Origin: Minisyncoccota bacterium
GTDB lineage: Bacteria > Patescibacteriota > Minisyncoccia > Phycocordibacterales > Phycocordibacteraceae
DNA length: 64,000 nucleotides
Assembly: GCA_028695415.1 (NCBI GenBank)
Contig: JAQVIY010000002.1
Location: forward strand, 4,883-68,882
Reading direction: 5' to 3'
Every line of letters begins with the position of its first letter. Position 1 is the stretch's first letter. The notes under the pieces were generated by a model, which was not told the DNA's origin, did no database searches, and saw only the letters and a program-made list of their open reading frames with translations. This document shows, piece by piece, positions 39,001 to 49,389 of this stretch. Both the position numbers and the translations under genes were made by a program.

Positions 39001-39481
39001 GATCCAAAAGACCTTTGGCATCACCCTTGGCGCAACCAGCACGATGCAGCTCTGGCAGGGTTCAAACACCGTTGCCGGTACCTTCGCAACGACGACTGGA
39101 TCTCTGCTCGCGCAGACTCAGGCATTCCCTGTCGCCGATGGCGCAGCTGCTACGACTGACTTGAACCTCGCGTTCATCCCGACTGCGGAACAGACTGTTC
39201 CGGCTGGTACATCGCTCACCTATGAGCTCCGCACCACGGTCGGTGGTCTCGCAACAAATGGGAACTCGCTCGATGTCTCGATCGCAAACAGGCAGACTTC
39301 TGCAAGCACCACTGCGGCTGCTTCAGTAGTCGGCACCGATGCGAACACGACGAACTCGTTCATCTGGTCTGATAAGTCGAGGGTCTCTGAGACGCATGCG
39401 CTCACGACCGCTGACTGGACTGATGACTATCTCGTGAACACCTTGCCGCTTACCGTTGGTAACCTCTCGGTGACGATCTAG
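36029..39481 (+). CDS. Large S-layer-like surface protein with peptidoglycan-binding domain
   Basis: Start re-called at 36029; signal peptide (AHA), FTRDLTVGS.G.DV.ALQ..L...GYFG..T PG-binding motif, long S/T/A/G-rich beta repeats. Confidence 0.82.
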   Translation: MKTVTTKAIAKVAAVATGLAMATSMLSLAPMAHAASLTASQVSSILSLLSSFGAGADTIANVNAALTGAPVTTTTTTTTGSSYTFTRDLTVGSKGADVTALQNALIAKGFSIAAGATGYFGAQTVAAVKAWQVSAGVTPAAGYFGPKSRAAFGGGVSTGGTTTTTTGGTVTAGTGNGLKVMLAADSPNNVALVAGQAIGAIAKFTFANPTSAEIKVTNLGLKRTGISNDATISNVYLYNGATRLTDAGGVSSGAFSFNDPTGLFTVPAGQTVSISVLADIATGTSGQQVGAQLVSVTSTGTLDSSVAFPINGYTQTVSSATLATVDYGATTLPAENTALTPANDVTVWQNTVTIGTRAVTLKSFQLQNIGSVAATDVNNLRLYVDGVQTGSAASINANNIVTWDLSAAPLRLETGGRVIKVVGDVVGGSSLTFKLDLRRASDAQMVDTDLNQPVLATAAGSAFSARHGGVQTVASGTVSVVKAANSPSANVSLGASNVKWASYEMRAAGEDVKIDNLDVMAMTSNDHGLDNGKIFLNGVQVGSTKDLTDSNGSTGAVNFTFGSSFILKAGATAIVDVYADAKTSTGAAYTSGETAQIRLFYTASSANGTGQVSLSSIDVPGSNVDGNAITLSSSTVTMTKYSGYGNQTMIAGTSGARLGSFVLSTGSTEGVNVNTIAVTLSANEAATVTDLKLVDNATGAQIGTVKPTPASGASGNSFSVNLNISASGTKVIDVIGSIKSSSNVGPWIAAVDGSGTGISTGSSVTFGDSTSGTLQTITVSTADLTAAVGVSPNNANVIAGASMVKVGSFDFTSRYSYWNVDKIRVTVPSNAATSVASVVLAYPDVSGNTVQSTAVLASPASTEVNATATFTGLTFYIPANTTKKLDVYVNLASIQNDGDTGKSITVTLDSTGGFNKTDSAGTVNTTLNASDLASNATSGKGTMYVRKSLPTISAVALDSTTLSAGTNKTIARFKVTADAAGDIAWAKVAFKIQKTFGITLGATSTMQLWQGSNTVAGTFATTTGSLLAQTQAFPVADGAAATTDLNLAFIPTAEQTVPAGTSLTYELRTTVGGLATNGNSLDVSIANRQTSASTTAAASVVGTDANTTNSFIWSDKSRVSETHALTTADWTDDYLVNTLPLTVGNLSVTI

Positions 39482-39522
39482 TCTCATCGGTCAAAGATTC
39501 CAGCTAGAAAATTGGTCTAGCG

Positions 39523-39557
39523 AAACAAAAAACCACCCTTCGGGGTGGTTTTTTGTT
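39523..39557 (+). terminator. Intrinsic terminator after the S-layer-like gene
   Basis: AAAAAACCACCC-TTCG-GGGTGGTTTTTT. Confidence 0.75.
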
Positions 39558-39702
39558 ATGTATACTGAAACCTTTTTATTTCTTGGCGGGTTATCCCCAG
39601 GTTTCTCTCTCTAGACATTTATTCTGAGCTTATAGGAGTACACTGAGCTTGAAAGGCTTTCGCGCCTTTTATTATCCGTTTCGTAATAAAGCTAATTCAT
39701 TT

Positions 39703-40176
39703 ATGAATCGCATCACAACGTTTCTGAATTCCCTCGGGAGGAGCGCCCGCGTTTTTGTGCTCTCTCTCGCGGTAGTCTTTGTCGGGGCTGGCATCGCTCA
39801 GGCCGCTACGACTATCAGCACGAATATCGCAACTGCCGGGACGCTCTCGGTGACCGGCCTCTCAACGCTTCTTGGCGGGGCGACGACCACGCAGATTACG
39901 CTCCTTAGCGGCGATCAGATTACAAATGCGGCGGCCAGCACCACCGTTGTTTCTGGCAATCTGACCGTTGGCGATGCAACAGCAGTCACTCCTCGCCTCG
40001 TTGTCACGAATGCGGCAAATGCGACCTCAACCGTTCAGGCGGGGTGCGTACAGACAACCGCGACAAGCTCGGCGACAACGATCAAGCTCATCTTCAACAA
40101 CATCGCGACAAGCACCACCATCAACGGTGCGTCAGTCGCCGGATATGTGTTGTGGGCTTACGGGACCTGCCCATAG
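39703..40176 (+). CDS. Secreted Thr-rich protein (fibre/adhesin-like)
   Basis: Signal peptide AQA-ATTISTNI, T-rich beta segments, C-terminal W.YG.CP. Confidence 0.65.
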   Translation: MNRITTFLNSLGRSARVFVLSLAVVFVGAGIAQAATTISTNIATAGTLSVTGLSTLLGGATTTQITLLSGDQITNAAASTTVVSGNLTVGDATAVTPRLVVTNAANATSTVQAGCVQTTATSSATTIKLIFNNIATSTTINGASVAGYVLWAYGTCP

Positions 40177-40213
40177 CCATAGCGAGTCGTTTACTCACTA
40201 ATTCACACTCACT

Positions 40214-41131
40214 ATGCCACGAATACTTACTGGCGCAGGGATCCTCGTGGCGCTTATCGCACCTGTATCAGCGCTTGCTTCAGATGTGACCCTCACGACC
40301 GATACGGTCCTCAGTGTGAACGGCGTTACGCTGAATGTCTCCGGCTCGAGCGCTTCTGTCGACTCGATAGTCGTGAATGCGACGAACTTCGTTGTCGCAA
40401 TGTCATCAGGATCATCTTTCAAGGTGACGGCTCCCGGTCTCGAGAAGATTACCTCTGACACGAGTTCCGGTCTCACTGGTTTCGTCTGCGACAGTAGCGG
40501 CTCGTCCATTACCTACACGCCGACTTCAGCAGTGACGGCAACCATTGTGCCGCTCTCGACCCTCTGTTCCTCAACGAGCGACACGAGCACGGGAGGGAGC
40601 ACGAGCAGCACGGTTGTGACATCGGGCTCGAGCAGTTCGAGCAGCTCCGGCAGTAGCGCAGCATCTGCTACTCCAGCAGCGTCTGTAACACAGACAACAA
40701 CCACGGCAGCGACCACTGCAGCAGCCACACCCGCGACGCCGGCAATCCCTGCTTCCGGTCTCTCTGTCTCGCAGGTGCAGTCGATTCTCGATGTGCTCGC
40801 CTCGTTTGAAGTCGATGCAGCAACGATGGCAAGCGTGAAGGCAGCACTTGAAGGGACGACGACCGGCTCGATAACGAGCGCGGCGGTGCACACATTCCAA
40901 GCGAATCTCACCGTCGGTTCGCTTGGTAGCGAAGTGAAAGCGCTCCAGCAGTTCCTCAATGCTCACGGCTACCCGGTAGCCTCGAGCGGTGCGGGTTCTC
41001 CGGGAAATGAGACGACCCGATTCGGCGCGGCAACGAAAGCTGCACTCATCAAGTATCAGAAAGCGAAGGGCATTACGCCCGCCGCAGGATACTTTGGCGC
41101 GAAAACTCGTGCAGCCGTCAACGCTGAATAA
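40214..41131 (+). CDS. Secreted protein with C-terminal peptidoglycan-binding domain
   Basis: Signal peptide; S/T linker; L.VGS.G.EVKALQQFLN...FG..TKAA...YQ...GYFG.KTR. Confidence 0.8.
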   Translation: MPRILTGAGILVALIAPVSALASDVTLTTDTVLSVNGVTLNVSGSSASVDSIVVNATNFVVAMSSGSSFKVTAPGLEKITSDTSSGLTGFVCDSSGSSITYTPTSAVTATIVPLSTLCSSTSDTSTGGSTSSTVVTSGSSSSSSSGSSAASATPAASVTQTTTTAATTAAATPATPAIPASGLSVSQVQSILDVLASFEVDAATMASVKAALEGTTTGSITSAAVHTFQANLTVGSLGSEVKALQQFLNAHGYPVASSGAGSPGNETTRFGAATKAALIKYQKAKGITPAAGYFGAKTRAAVNAE

Positions 41132-41204
41132 CAGAAGACTCCTCGCATGAAAGAAAAACCACCCGCAGTGCGGGTGGTTTTTCTTATGGTATTCTCTTTG
41201 GTGT

Positions 41205-41927
41205 ATGAACATCTCAAAGAAACACTGGGTAGCGGTCGGTCTTGGTCTCGGTCTCATAACGCTTGCGGCTATGGGTGTCGTACAGTTCGCATTTCCGTAT
41301 CGCGCTGTCGCACCGCAAAAGGAGACCGCGGAATCTCCGGTCGCTGACGCTTCCATTGCGACCACAGGCTCGGAGGGCGTACCGGCGGTGACGACGGTGT
41401 CTATAGAGCCGACCCGCCCTGTCGTCACTCCTCCTTCGATCGCGAGAGGCGATACGATAGTCTCTTGGAACTTCACCGGCGCATACGCGCAGGACTCAAC
41501 ACTTCAAGCAAGAGCGAATGCAGAAATAACCCGCCTCTCGGGACTTCTTGAGATGGCGACATCGTCAAAAGTGACTCTTTTAGTCGGTATCGCAAATCAG
41601 TACGAGCTCCTGGGAGACGGCAAACAAGAGTACGAGTATCTTAGCCGCGCCATCGAAGAGGGAGGCGAGACGACCGGTCTCCCTTGGCACAATCTCGGCG
41701 TCCTTATGGAGCGGCTCGGCGCTCTCGAGACCGCGCGTACGGCATACGAGAATGCGACAATCGTACAATCTCAGTACAAGCAGTGGCACTACGCGTTTCT
41801 CGAGTTCCTTACGACGCGAATGAGAGACGAGACAGCTGATATTGAGAAAGCCTTTTCAGCGGCACTGAAAAACCTCGGACAAGATTCCGACATACTTGAT
41901 CTCGAGAGCGCGTGGAAACAGCTATGA
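41205..41927 (+). CDS. Membrane-anchored TPR-like protein
   Basis: N-terminal TM; W.NLG.L...LG....A..AY..A TPR pattern. Confidence 0.7.
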   Translation: MNISKKHWVAVGLGLGLITLAAMGVVQFAFPYRAVAPQKETAESPVADASIATTGSEGVPAVTTVSIEPTRPVVTPPSIARGDTIVSWNFTGAYAQDSTLQARANAEITRLSGLLEMATSSKVTLLVGIANQYELLGDGKQEYEYLSRAIEEGGETTGLPWHNLGVLMERLGALETARTAYENATIVQSQYKQWHYAFLEFLTTRMRDETADIEKAFSAALKNLGQDSDILDLESAWKQL

Positions 41928-44158
41928 AGCGCCTGCGCCAGACATTGTCTATCCTGCTTCTTGTTCCGGCAGTCCTTCCACTCGTGTACATAGGAGGCAT
42001 TCTCTACCCGTACATTGCGCCGAAGACATTTCTCCTTCTTTTTTGTGGTATTGCAGCGCTTGCGCTCTTTGCCTATCTCGCACTGCGCGGCGAGGCGTTC
42101 TTCTATGAACGGTTGCACGAGAAGAAGACTTGGATACCGATACTCCTGCTTATCATCGCGTATCTCGCCTCATATACCGGCATCGATTTTTATCACAGTT
42201 TCTGGGGACTCTTTGAGCGCGGCGATGGGCTCCTGACGCTTACGATTATCACCGGGTACTTCTATCTCTTCGTCCTTTCTGCTACGCATGCCTTTTTGGA
42301 TCGGTTCACCAAAGTCGTTACAGTCGTTGCCGGTATCGTAGCGTCTATCGCGGTGCTCCAATGGGCAACGACGATATTCGGAGAGGGCGCGGCCTTCCTG
42401 CCGCCGGTTACCGGCCGCATCGGGAGCACACTTGGGAACGCTGCTTTTCTTGCGGGGTATCTCGGTATGGCGCTGTTCGTGTCGCTTTTCCTCGCGCGCA
42501 ACACCGATACGATATGGCGGCGAATCGGGAAGATAACCGCAATCCTCTCCGTGTTTGCAATAGTGTTTGCCGCGACGCGCGGTACGATACTCGCGCTTAT
42601 CGCGGCTCTCCTCATTGTGCTTATCTTCACGGCGTGGAAGGGGGAGGGTCAGGCGAAGAAGTTTGCACGGTATGGATGCTTGGCCGTCATTGTTCTCGCC
42701 GGTCTCTTCTTCGCATTCCGCTCTGACCTCGCGCAGAGCTCCTTTGAACCCGTAAAGCGCATCGCATCCATCTCGCTTTCTGACAGCACCACCAGCAATC
42801 GCCTATTCGCATGGTCACAGATAGCTGCCGAAACGCTCCAGCGCCCCTGGAGCGGCTATGGCGCTGAACATATCGCACAACTCTTCGACACGATCTATGA
42901 CCCGAGCAAGATCTCTGAACAGTGGTTCGACCGATCGCACAACGCCTTCCTTGATTATTTCGCGCAGTACGGAGTGTTCGGGCTCGCGCTCTATCTCTCG
43001 CTCATCGGCGCCTTTATGCTCTCCGCTCTCGCATGGTATCGGCGAGAAGCGGGCGGTCTTACGAACCCCGGGCTGCTTTCTCTCCTCCTTATCATCACTT
43101 ATGCCGTACAGAACTTCTTCGTGTTCGACACCTCTTCGTCGCTCTGGCTCTTGTACGCCCTCTTTGCGTTTCTCATTGTCCAGCTCTCGGGAGTATCGGC
43201 GACATCTCGATTCGGACACCTGCCGTCGTTTGTGCCGTGGATTACGTCCGGCATCATCCTCCTTACCAGTATCCCGACCGTGACAGTGCCGCTGTATGCG
43301 AACATCCTCTTGACCAATGGCTACCGCTACCACCTTGTAGACATCAACAAGGCGAATGCATATTTCAAGCAAGGGTTTGCACTTCACACCTATGCTGATA
43401 TGGAGTACGGGTATCAAGCGTATGAGATGTACACCGGACACCAGGCAACAGCGCTTTCAGGAAAGGATCGTGTTGCCGCATATGAGTATGCGCTTTCGGT
43501 GCTCTCGGCGAACTATGTGAAGTATCCGTATGACGCGCGTACCGCGACATACCTCGGACATGTGCTTGATACGACACCACCGGAAGTCGCCGTTGACGAT
43601 GTTTTCGACGAGCGGGTGCTTACGCGAGCTATCGAGCTCTCACCGCTTCGGGCACAGGGATGGTATATGTTGGCGAACGTTTATCTGCGGAAAGCCGATG
43701 CGCTCCCTCGGAATGACCCGAATAGGGAAACCTATTTCCGAGAAGCGATCAAGATACTCGAAGCGTATATAGAAAAAGAGCCGACGCTCCCTGTGCCGCG
43801 ATATACGCTCGTGAATCTCTATTACAACCTTGGCGATACACAAGCGTCGAAGAAATGGGCGGACAGCGCGCTGCCGCTCTATACGACCGCTGATGTCGCG
43901 GCAGCTGCTCCTGCGGTGAAATATTATCTGGCGATAGGGGATTGGCAGCATGCCGTCCCATTCCTCGAAGACCTCGTTCGTGAGAATCCCGCTGACTACA
44001 ACACGCTCTACGACCTCGCAAAGGTGAGCTATCTCGCGGGCGACCCCGCGACTGCCGAGCGTATCGTGCAGAAGCTTCGCATAGAGAATCCGAATATCAT
44101 CCCGACCGATCCCAATTTCCTTTCCGCTATTACCGCCTATGAACAATCCACAAAATAA
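41924..44158 (+). CDS. O-antigen ligase/oligosaccharyltransferase-like membrane protein with C-terminal TPRs
   Basis: SFWG..ER.DG, R..STLGN..FLA.Y, TRG, R...W, G.G.E, DRSHN.FLD.....G..G Wzy_C-like motifs. Confidence 0.85.
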   Translation: MKRLRQTLSILLLVPAVLPLVYIGGILYPYIAPKTFLLLFCGIAALALFAYLALRGEAFFYERLHEKKTWIPILLLIIAYLASYTGIDFYHSFWGLFERGDGLLTLTIITGYFYLFVLSATHAFLDRFTKVVTVVAGIVASIAVLQWATTIFGEGAAFLPPVTGRIGSTLGNAAFLAGYLGMALFVSLFLARNTDTIWRRIGKITAILSVFAIVFAATRGTILALIAALLIVLIFTAWKGEGQAKKFARYGCLAVIVLAGLFFAFRSDLAQSSFEPVKRIASISLSDSTTSNRLFAWSQIAAETLQRPWSGYGAEHIAQLFDTIYDPSKISEQWFDRSHNAFLDYFAQYGVFGLALYLSLIGAFMLSALAWYRREAGGLTNPGLLSLLLIITYAVQNFFVFDTSSSLWLLYALFAFLIVQLSGVSATSRFGHLPSFVPWITSGIILLTSIPTVTVPLYANILLTNGYRYHLVDINKANAYFKQGFALHTYADMEYGYQAYEMYTGHQATALSGKDRVAAYEYALSVLSANYVKYPYDARTATYLGHVLDTTPPEVAVDDVFDERVLTRAIELSPLRAQGWYMLANVYLRKADALPRNDPNRETYFREAIKILEAYIEKEPTLPVPRYTLVNLYYNLGDTQASKKWADSALPLYTTADVAAAAPAVKYYLAIGDWQHAVPFLEDLVRENPADYNTLYDLAKVSYLAGDPATAERIVQKLRIENPNIIPTDPNFLSAITAYEQSTK

Positions 44159-44291
44159 AAAGAGCCTCCGAGAACAAGAGCGGCGAATGTTGCCGTTCTT
44201 CGTCGAGTTCGTGAAGTTCGCCTCCGGCTTTGCAGTCATCATTGCCGCGGCGCTCTTCACTCTCCACGCCGCCTCCGCAGCGATGCGCTGA
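44139..44291 (+). CDS. Putative 50-aa single-TM protein (MNNPQNKKSLREQERRMLPFFVEFVKFASGFAVIIAAALFTLHAASAAMR)
   Basis: Below the ORF-track cutoff; overlaps the upstream stop; hydrophobic C-terminal half. Confidence 0.45.
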   Translation: MNNPQNKKSLREQERRMLPFFVEFVKFASGFAVIIAAALFTLHAASAAMR

Positions 44292-44327
44292 TTGCACTTT
44301 TGTGTCGATCTGGTACAGTACGGCAGT

Positions 44328-44415
44328 ACGAACCGAAGACCACTGGCAACCATAAGTCCGGTGTAGGGAGACCACCCCTCGAATTACTCGGGGCAGGTAA
44401 CTGGTCGAACTCTCC
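44328..44415 (+). promoter_or_regulatory. Putative L10 leader (autoregulatory RNA)
   Basis: CCGAAGACCA...TGGTCGAA kink-turn-like flanks as in L10 leaders, directly upstream of rplJ. Confidence 0.45.
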
Positions 44416-44441
44416 TTTATTTCGTTCGTGCGAAACATCGT

Positions 44442-44933
44442 ATGGCAATATCAAAAGACAAGAAGCGCGAGATAGTCGCGAAGCTCACCGAAGCTTTCAA
44501 GGAAGCGTCGTCGGTAGCGTTTATTGGCTTCACTAAGCTTACCGTCAAGGATTCATCGCGCTTGCGTGACGAGCTCCGGAATGCGGACGTGAAGTACTAC
44601 GTCGCGAAGAAGACCCTTATCAAGAAGGCGCTCGAGGGTCGCGGCTACACCGGCGAGCTCTCCGAGCTTCCGGGTGAAATCGCTGTCGCGTGGACGAGTA
44701 CGGACGTCACCGCGCCGACGCGTGTCGTGCATGAATTCGGCAAGAAGCTGAAGGGTGCGCTCACGCTCCTCGGAGGCGTGTTCGAGAACGCGTTTATTGA
44801 CGCGGCCGCCGCAAAAGCTATCGCAACTATTCCGCCAATGCCGGTTCTGCGCGGTATGTTCGCTAACATTATCAATTCGCCTATACAACGGTTCGCGATT
44901 GCTCTCAGTGAGGTCGCGAAGACGAAAGTATAG
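44442..44933 (+). CDS. rplJ: 50S ribosomal protein L10
   Basis: K..K...V, LR..LR......V.KKTL...AL, GG.FE; followed by rplL. Confidence 0.92.
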   Translation: MAISKDKKREIVAKLTEAFKEASSVAFIGFTKLTVKDSSRLRDELRNADVKYYVAKKTLIKKALEGRGYTGELSELPGEIAVAWTSTDVTAPTRVVHEFGKKLKGALTLLGGVFENAFIDAAAAKAIATIPPMPVLRGMFANIINSPIQRFAIALSEVAKTKV

Positions 44934-44995
44934 GAGGCCTGCCCCGTAGCCAACGCGCAGCGTTGTGGTACTGGGGTAGCTAAGACTAAAACAGC

Positions 44996-45361
44996 ATGAA
45001 TCAGGAACAGATAATCGAGGCGGTCGAGAAGATGACCGTGCTTGAACTCAATACACTCGTGAAGGCAATCGAAGAGAAGTGGGGCGTTTCTGCGACCGCG
45101 GTCGCAGCAGCAGGTCCGGCAGCGGCAGGCGCCGCTGAGGAGGAGGGTAAGTCCACGAATGATGTGGAACTCACCGAAGCCGGCGCGACCAAGATCGCCG
45201 TTATCAAGGTGGTCAAGGAGGCGCTCGCTCTCGGCCTCAAGGAGGCAAAGGATCTCGTTGATGCAGCTCCCTCAATGCTGAAGACGGGCATGAAGAAGGA
45301 GGACGCCGCTGAGCTCGCCAAGAAGCTCACGGATGCCGGAGCAAAGGTTACTCTTAAGTAA
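44996..45361 (+). CDS. rplL: 50S ribosomal protein L7/L12
   Basis: MTVLEL..LVK.IEEK.GVSA, KIAVIK.V....[20 protein letters not shown]. Confidence 0.97.
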   Translation: MNQEQIIEAVEKMTVLELNTLVKAIEEKWGVSATAVAAAGPAAAGAAEEEGKSTNDVELTEAGATKIAVIKVVKEALALGLKEAKDLVDAAPSMLKTGMKKEDAAELAKKLTDAGAKVTLK

Positions 45362-45443
45362 CCGAAGCCCGCAATAAAACGCGTTTCTGCCAAGAGCGGA
45401 AACGCGTTTTGCGTTTTATCCTCGAAGCCTCTACACTTGCCCT

Positions 45444-46013
45444 ATGGAAAAGCTCGCGAAACTCTTCGGTTCCCCGGCACGGCTCAAGATGCTTCGTCTT
45501 TTTGTGTTCAATCGCGACTCCGCCTTTACACTTGATGATGTGGCACAGAGGACAAAACTCTCAAAAGAGGTTGCGCGTCGAGAGATAGCCGAGCTTCTCG
45601 CTTCCGACCTTCTTAAGAAGAAGGGCGAGCGCGCTGCCGCACGTTTTCAGGTCGATTCTCGCTATGAGCACCTTTCGGCGCTCAATGATTTCATTCTCGA
45701 GACGACCTCGCTGCGTCCGCAGAAAATACTCGCGACACTGAAGCGCGCCGGCGCGCTCAAGCTCGTCGCACTCTCAGGACATTTCACTAGCATTCTCGAA
45801 CCGCAGATAGACCTGCTTGTTGTGGGTGAGAGTCTCGATGAACGCGCGCTCGCGCACGCGGTGCATACCCTCGAGGCGGAGCTCGGACGCGAAATCCGCT
45901 ACGCCTCCTTCTCAACAAAGGATTTCCGTTACCGCCTCGGAGTCTACGATCGCCTCTTACGCGACGTTTTCGACTATCCACACCGCCTCCTAATCGACAA
46001 AATCGGGCTGTAG
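45444..46013 (+). CDS. Winged-HTH plus minimal nucleotidyltransferase-like domain protein
   Basis: LFGS.AR.K.L.LF HTH start; LSG.F.......IDLLVVG, E.ELG.EIRY. Confidence 0.7.
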   Translation: MEKLAKLFGSPARLKMLRLFVFNRDSAFTLDDVAQRTKLSKEVARREIAELLASDLLKKKGERAAARFQVDSRYEHLSALNDFILETTSLRPQKILATLKRAGALKLVALSGHFTSILEPQIDLLVVGESLDERALAHAVHTLEAELGREIRYASFSTKDFRYRLGVYDRLLRDVFDYPHRLLIDKIGL

Positions 46014-46075
46014 AAATGGTACAATTTCAGAAGGTGCTCGAATATTAGCCGAATAAACAAAGTATTATTTCAACT

Positions 46076-46759
46076 ATGGTTTTCACTACCTGGGCGGATG
46101 TCCTTAGCCAATCTTTCAACAATCTGTTCTACGGATTGGTGGCGTTCATCCCCAACTTAGTCGTTGCGATTGTTATTTTCATCGTCGGCTGGCTCGTCGG
46201 CGTCGGTCTCGGCCGCGTGGTCAAGCAGATTGTCGACGCTCTTCGTGTTGATCAGGCGCTCAAGCCGACCGGCATCGAGCGTGTGCTCGCACGCGCAGGC
46301 TTCGAGCTTTCTTCCGGCAAGTTCCTCGGGATGCTCGTGCAGTGGTTCTTCATTATCGTCTTCCTTGTGGCGGCACTTGATGTGCTTCACCTCTCGACGG
46401 TGAACCTCTTCATCAGCGAAGTCGTCCTCGGGTATCTCCCGCAGGTCATCGTCGCGGTTCTCATCCTCCTCGTTGCGGCAGTAGTCGCAGAGGCGGCAGA
46501 GAGTCTCGTCGCAGGATCGGCGAAGGCGGCCTCAGTACCTTCAGCCGGCTTCCTCGGCAAGGTGGCGAAGTATGCTATCTGGATATTCGCTCTTCTCGCG
46601 GCTACGGCACAGCTTAATGTCGCGACGGCATTTGTTCAGACGCTCTTCACCGGTATCGTTATCGCAGTATCGCTCGCTCTCGGTCTCGCCTTCGGTCTCG
46701 GCGGTCAGGCTTCGGCAGCGCGCTATCTCGAGCATCTGCACACCGAGATAAAGGACTAG
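46076..46759 (+). CDS. TM-helix repeat (CmpX/MscS-associated) membrane protein
   Basis: FIPNL..A..I...GW and YLP.VI.A repeats; GLAFGLGG. Confidence 0.8.
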   Translation: MVFTTWADVLSQSFNNLFYGLVAFIPNLVVAIVIFIVGWLVGVGLGRVVKQIVDALRVDQALKPTGIERVLARAGFELSSGKFLGMLVQWFFIIVFLVAALDVLHLSTVNLFISEVVLGYLPQVIVAVLILLVAAVVAEAAESLVAGSAKAASVPSAGFLGKVAKYAIWIFALLAATAQLNVATAFVQTLFTGIVIAVSLALGLAFGLGGQASAARYLEHLHTEIKD

Positions 46760-46805
46760 GTTCCTCCTCCAAAACCGCCCCCTTTCTAGAGGGGGCGGTT
46801 TTGTG

Positions 46806-46834
46806 TTGACAGGGATTTCTGCGTACCCTATACT
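46806..46834 (+). promoter_or_regulatory. Promoter of the 23S-5S unit (TTGACA-N17-TATACT)
   Basis: Consensus -35 and near-consensus -10; boxA-like TCTTTGACA at about 46963. Confidence 0.7.
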
Positions 46835-47727
46835 CCTTCTACGTGTCTACGAACCGAAAACTTTCTTACTTAGGAGCGGATAGGCCGTAAGGCCGCGCGC
46901 GTTGCAAAACGCACGAAAACCGCCCCGAGGGGCGGTTTTCGTTTCAAAAAGGGACACGGGAATCTTTGACATACGAATACGCATAGGTAATTGAAAGCTC
47001 CGTGGCTCACCGCTACGGAGCATCAAAGTGCAGATAGTAATGGTTGTGGTAACCAGAATTCCGTGCGAGAGACAGTAAGAGTACACGGTGGATGCCTTGG
47101 CCTAGGACGGCGAAGAAGGACGCGACTAACCTGCGATAAGCTTCGGGGAGGCGGTTTGTAGCCTTTGATCCGGAGATGTCCGAATGGGGAAACCCTACAG
47201 TTTTGAACTGTAATCCGCGGGGTAACGCCCGCGCGAAGCGAACCCTGGGAAGTGAAACATCTCAGTACCAGGAGGAAAAGAGAACAATATGAATTGCGTT
47301 CTCTTCAAGCATTATGTTTGTTTGAAGGGAACGCGATTCTCGTGATACCCCGAGTAGCGGCGAGCGAAAAGGGAAAAGCCCAAACCCGCACACTCACTTT
47401 GCCATTGTGCCTAACGTTGTTCAGAAGAATCAACTTCTGGACGCGCGTGGCCCAATGGAACGTTTGAGTATCAACTACGTCAGTTGGCACAAGAACAACG
47501 ATGGCAAAGTGAGTGTGCGGGGGTTGTAAGATGCGAACATTCCGATTTATCGGTAAAGAGTTATCAATCGTCTATATAGCGGAAGCTGCTGGGAAGCAGC
47601 GCCCCAGAGGGTAATGGCCCCGTACGCGAAATGTATGACGACTCTTGTTTGTATTCTTGAGTAGTTCGAGACACGAGTAGCTCGAATGAATCTGCCGGAA
47701 CTAACCGGTAAGGCTAAACACGTCCTA

Positions 47728-47774
<47 letters not shown>

Positions 47775-49389
47775 GAGAGGGGAGTGAAATAGAACTGAAA
47801 CCGTGTACTTACAAGGGGTCGGAGCGGTGCACCATACAGCACTTGTGCTGTCTCGTGCTTGATTAAGCAGGGCGAAACTTGATAAGGACTTAGATTTGGG
47901 CGTGCGTACGGACAACAAACTCCATACGCAGTAAGCCAGGCGTTGAGCCGTCTAAGATAACTGTCAGGTGCCCTCCTTAATCATGTACGAGTGTTGTATG
48001 GTGCACCGTGACGGCATGCCTATTGAAGAATGAGCCGGCGAGTGTATATATCTTGCGTAGCTAAGTCCTTACGGGGCGGAGCTTAAGGGAAACCGAGCGT
48101 GAATAGCGCGATTGTAGGATATATACGACCCGAAGCCAGATGAGCTTGCCATGAGCAGGGTGAAGTTTGTCGAAAGACAGATGGAGGCCCGAACCCGTTG
48201 GTCGTACAACGCCTTGGGATGACTTGTGGCAAGGAGTGAAAAGCTAATCGAATCTGGGAATAGCTGGTTCTCTCCGAAACAGCTTTTGGGCTGGCGTCGC
48301 CATATGTGTGCATGGGGGTAGAGCACTGGAAGGGATCAACAGGGAGAAATCTCGTGATTCCTATCAAACTCCGAATACCATGTACCCGGGCGGCAGTTAG
48401 AAGGTGGGGGCGAAGCTCCATCGATCGAGAGGGGAAGAGCCCTGATCGCAAATTAAGGCCCCTAAATCAACGCTCAGTACATCCACAAGGAAGTGAGGAC
48501 TCATAGACAGTGAGGATGTTGGCTTAGAAGCAGCCACCATTCAAAGAAAGCGTAACAGCTCACTCATCGAGAGTCCTTGCGCCGAAGATGATCGGGGTTA
48601 AGCGTTGTGCCGAAATTGCGGGTTTGTGTTTATTCCGATAAATACAAGCGGTAGGAGAGTGTTCTGTTCGCGATGAAGCTTAAGGGGTAACCCGTGGTGG
48701 AGCGTACAGAAGTAAGAATGCCGGTACAAGTAACCACAACGCGGGTGAGAACCCCGCGCGTCGAAAGATCAAGGTTTCCTCAGCTATGGTGATCAACTGA
48801 GGGTTAGTCGGGCCTAAGGGGATGGCGAGAGCCGCACCCGATGGACACAGGGTTAATATTCCCTGACCGTTTTTAGAGGCTATGGAGTGACGGACTGCTG
48901 TATGTGCTGCCCATTATTGGATTTGGGTCGGCTTGGTGAGGAAGCGCGTTAGGCAAATCCGGCGCGCATTATTCCGAGCTGAGTCGCAATTTCCTCCTAC
49001 GGGGGGAGAGAGGGTGCAAAGCGCGGTTCCAAGAAAATCTTCTACGCATCAACTCTAAAGATGACCGTACCGTAAACCGACACAGGTGATCAGGTCGAGC
49101 AGACCAAGACGAACGAGTAAGAGGTCCTCAAGGAACTCGGCAAACAAGCGGCCGTAAGTTAGCGATAAGGCCTGCCTCCTGCCTGCAAGGGCGGGAGGCC
49201 GCAGCGAAAGTTTTCCTATCAACTGTTTACCAAAAACACAGCTCCCTGCAAACTCGTAAGAGGAAGTATAGGGGGTGACACCTGACCAATGCCGGAAGGT
49301 TAACCACGGTGGGTGGTATGTCGCAAGATGTACTGCTGGACTGTGTAAGCCCCGGTGAATGTCGGCGATAACTATAATCGTCCTAAGGT

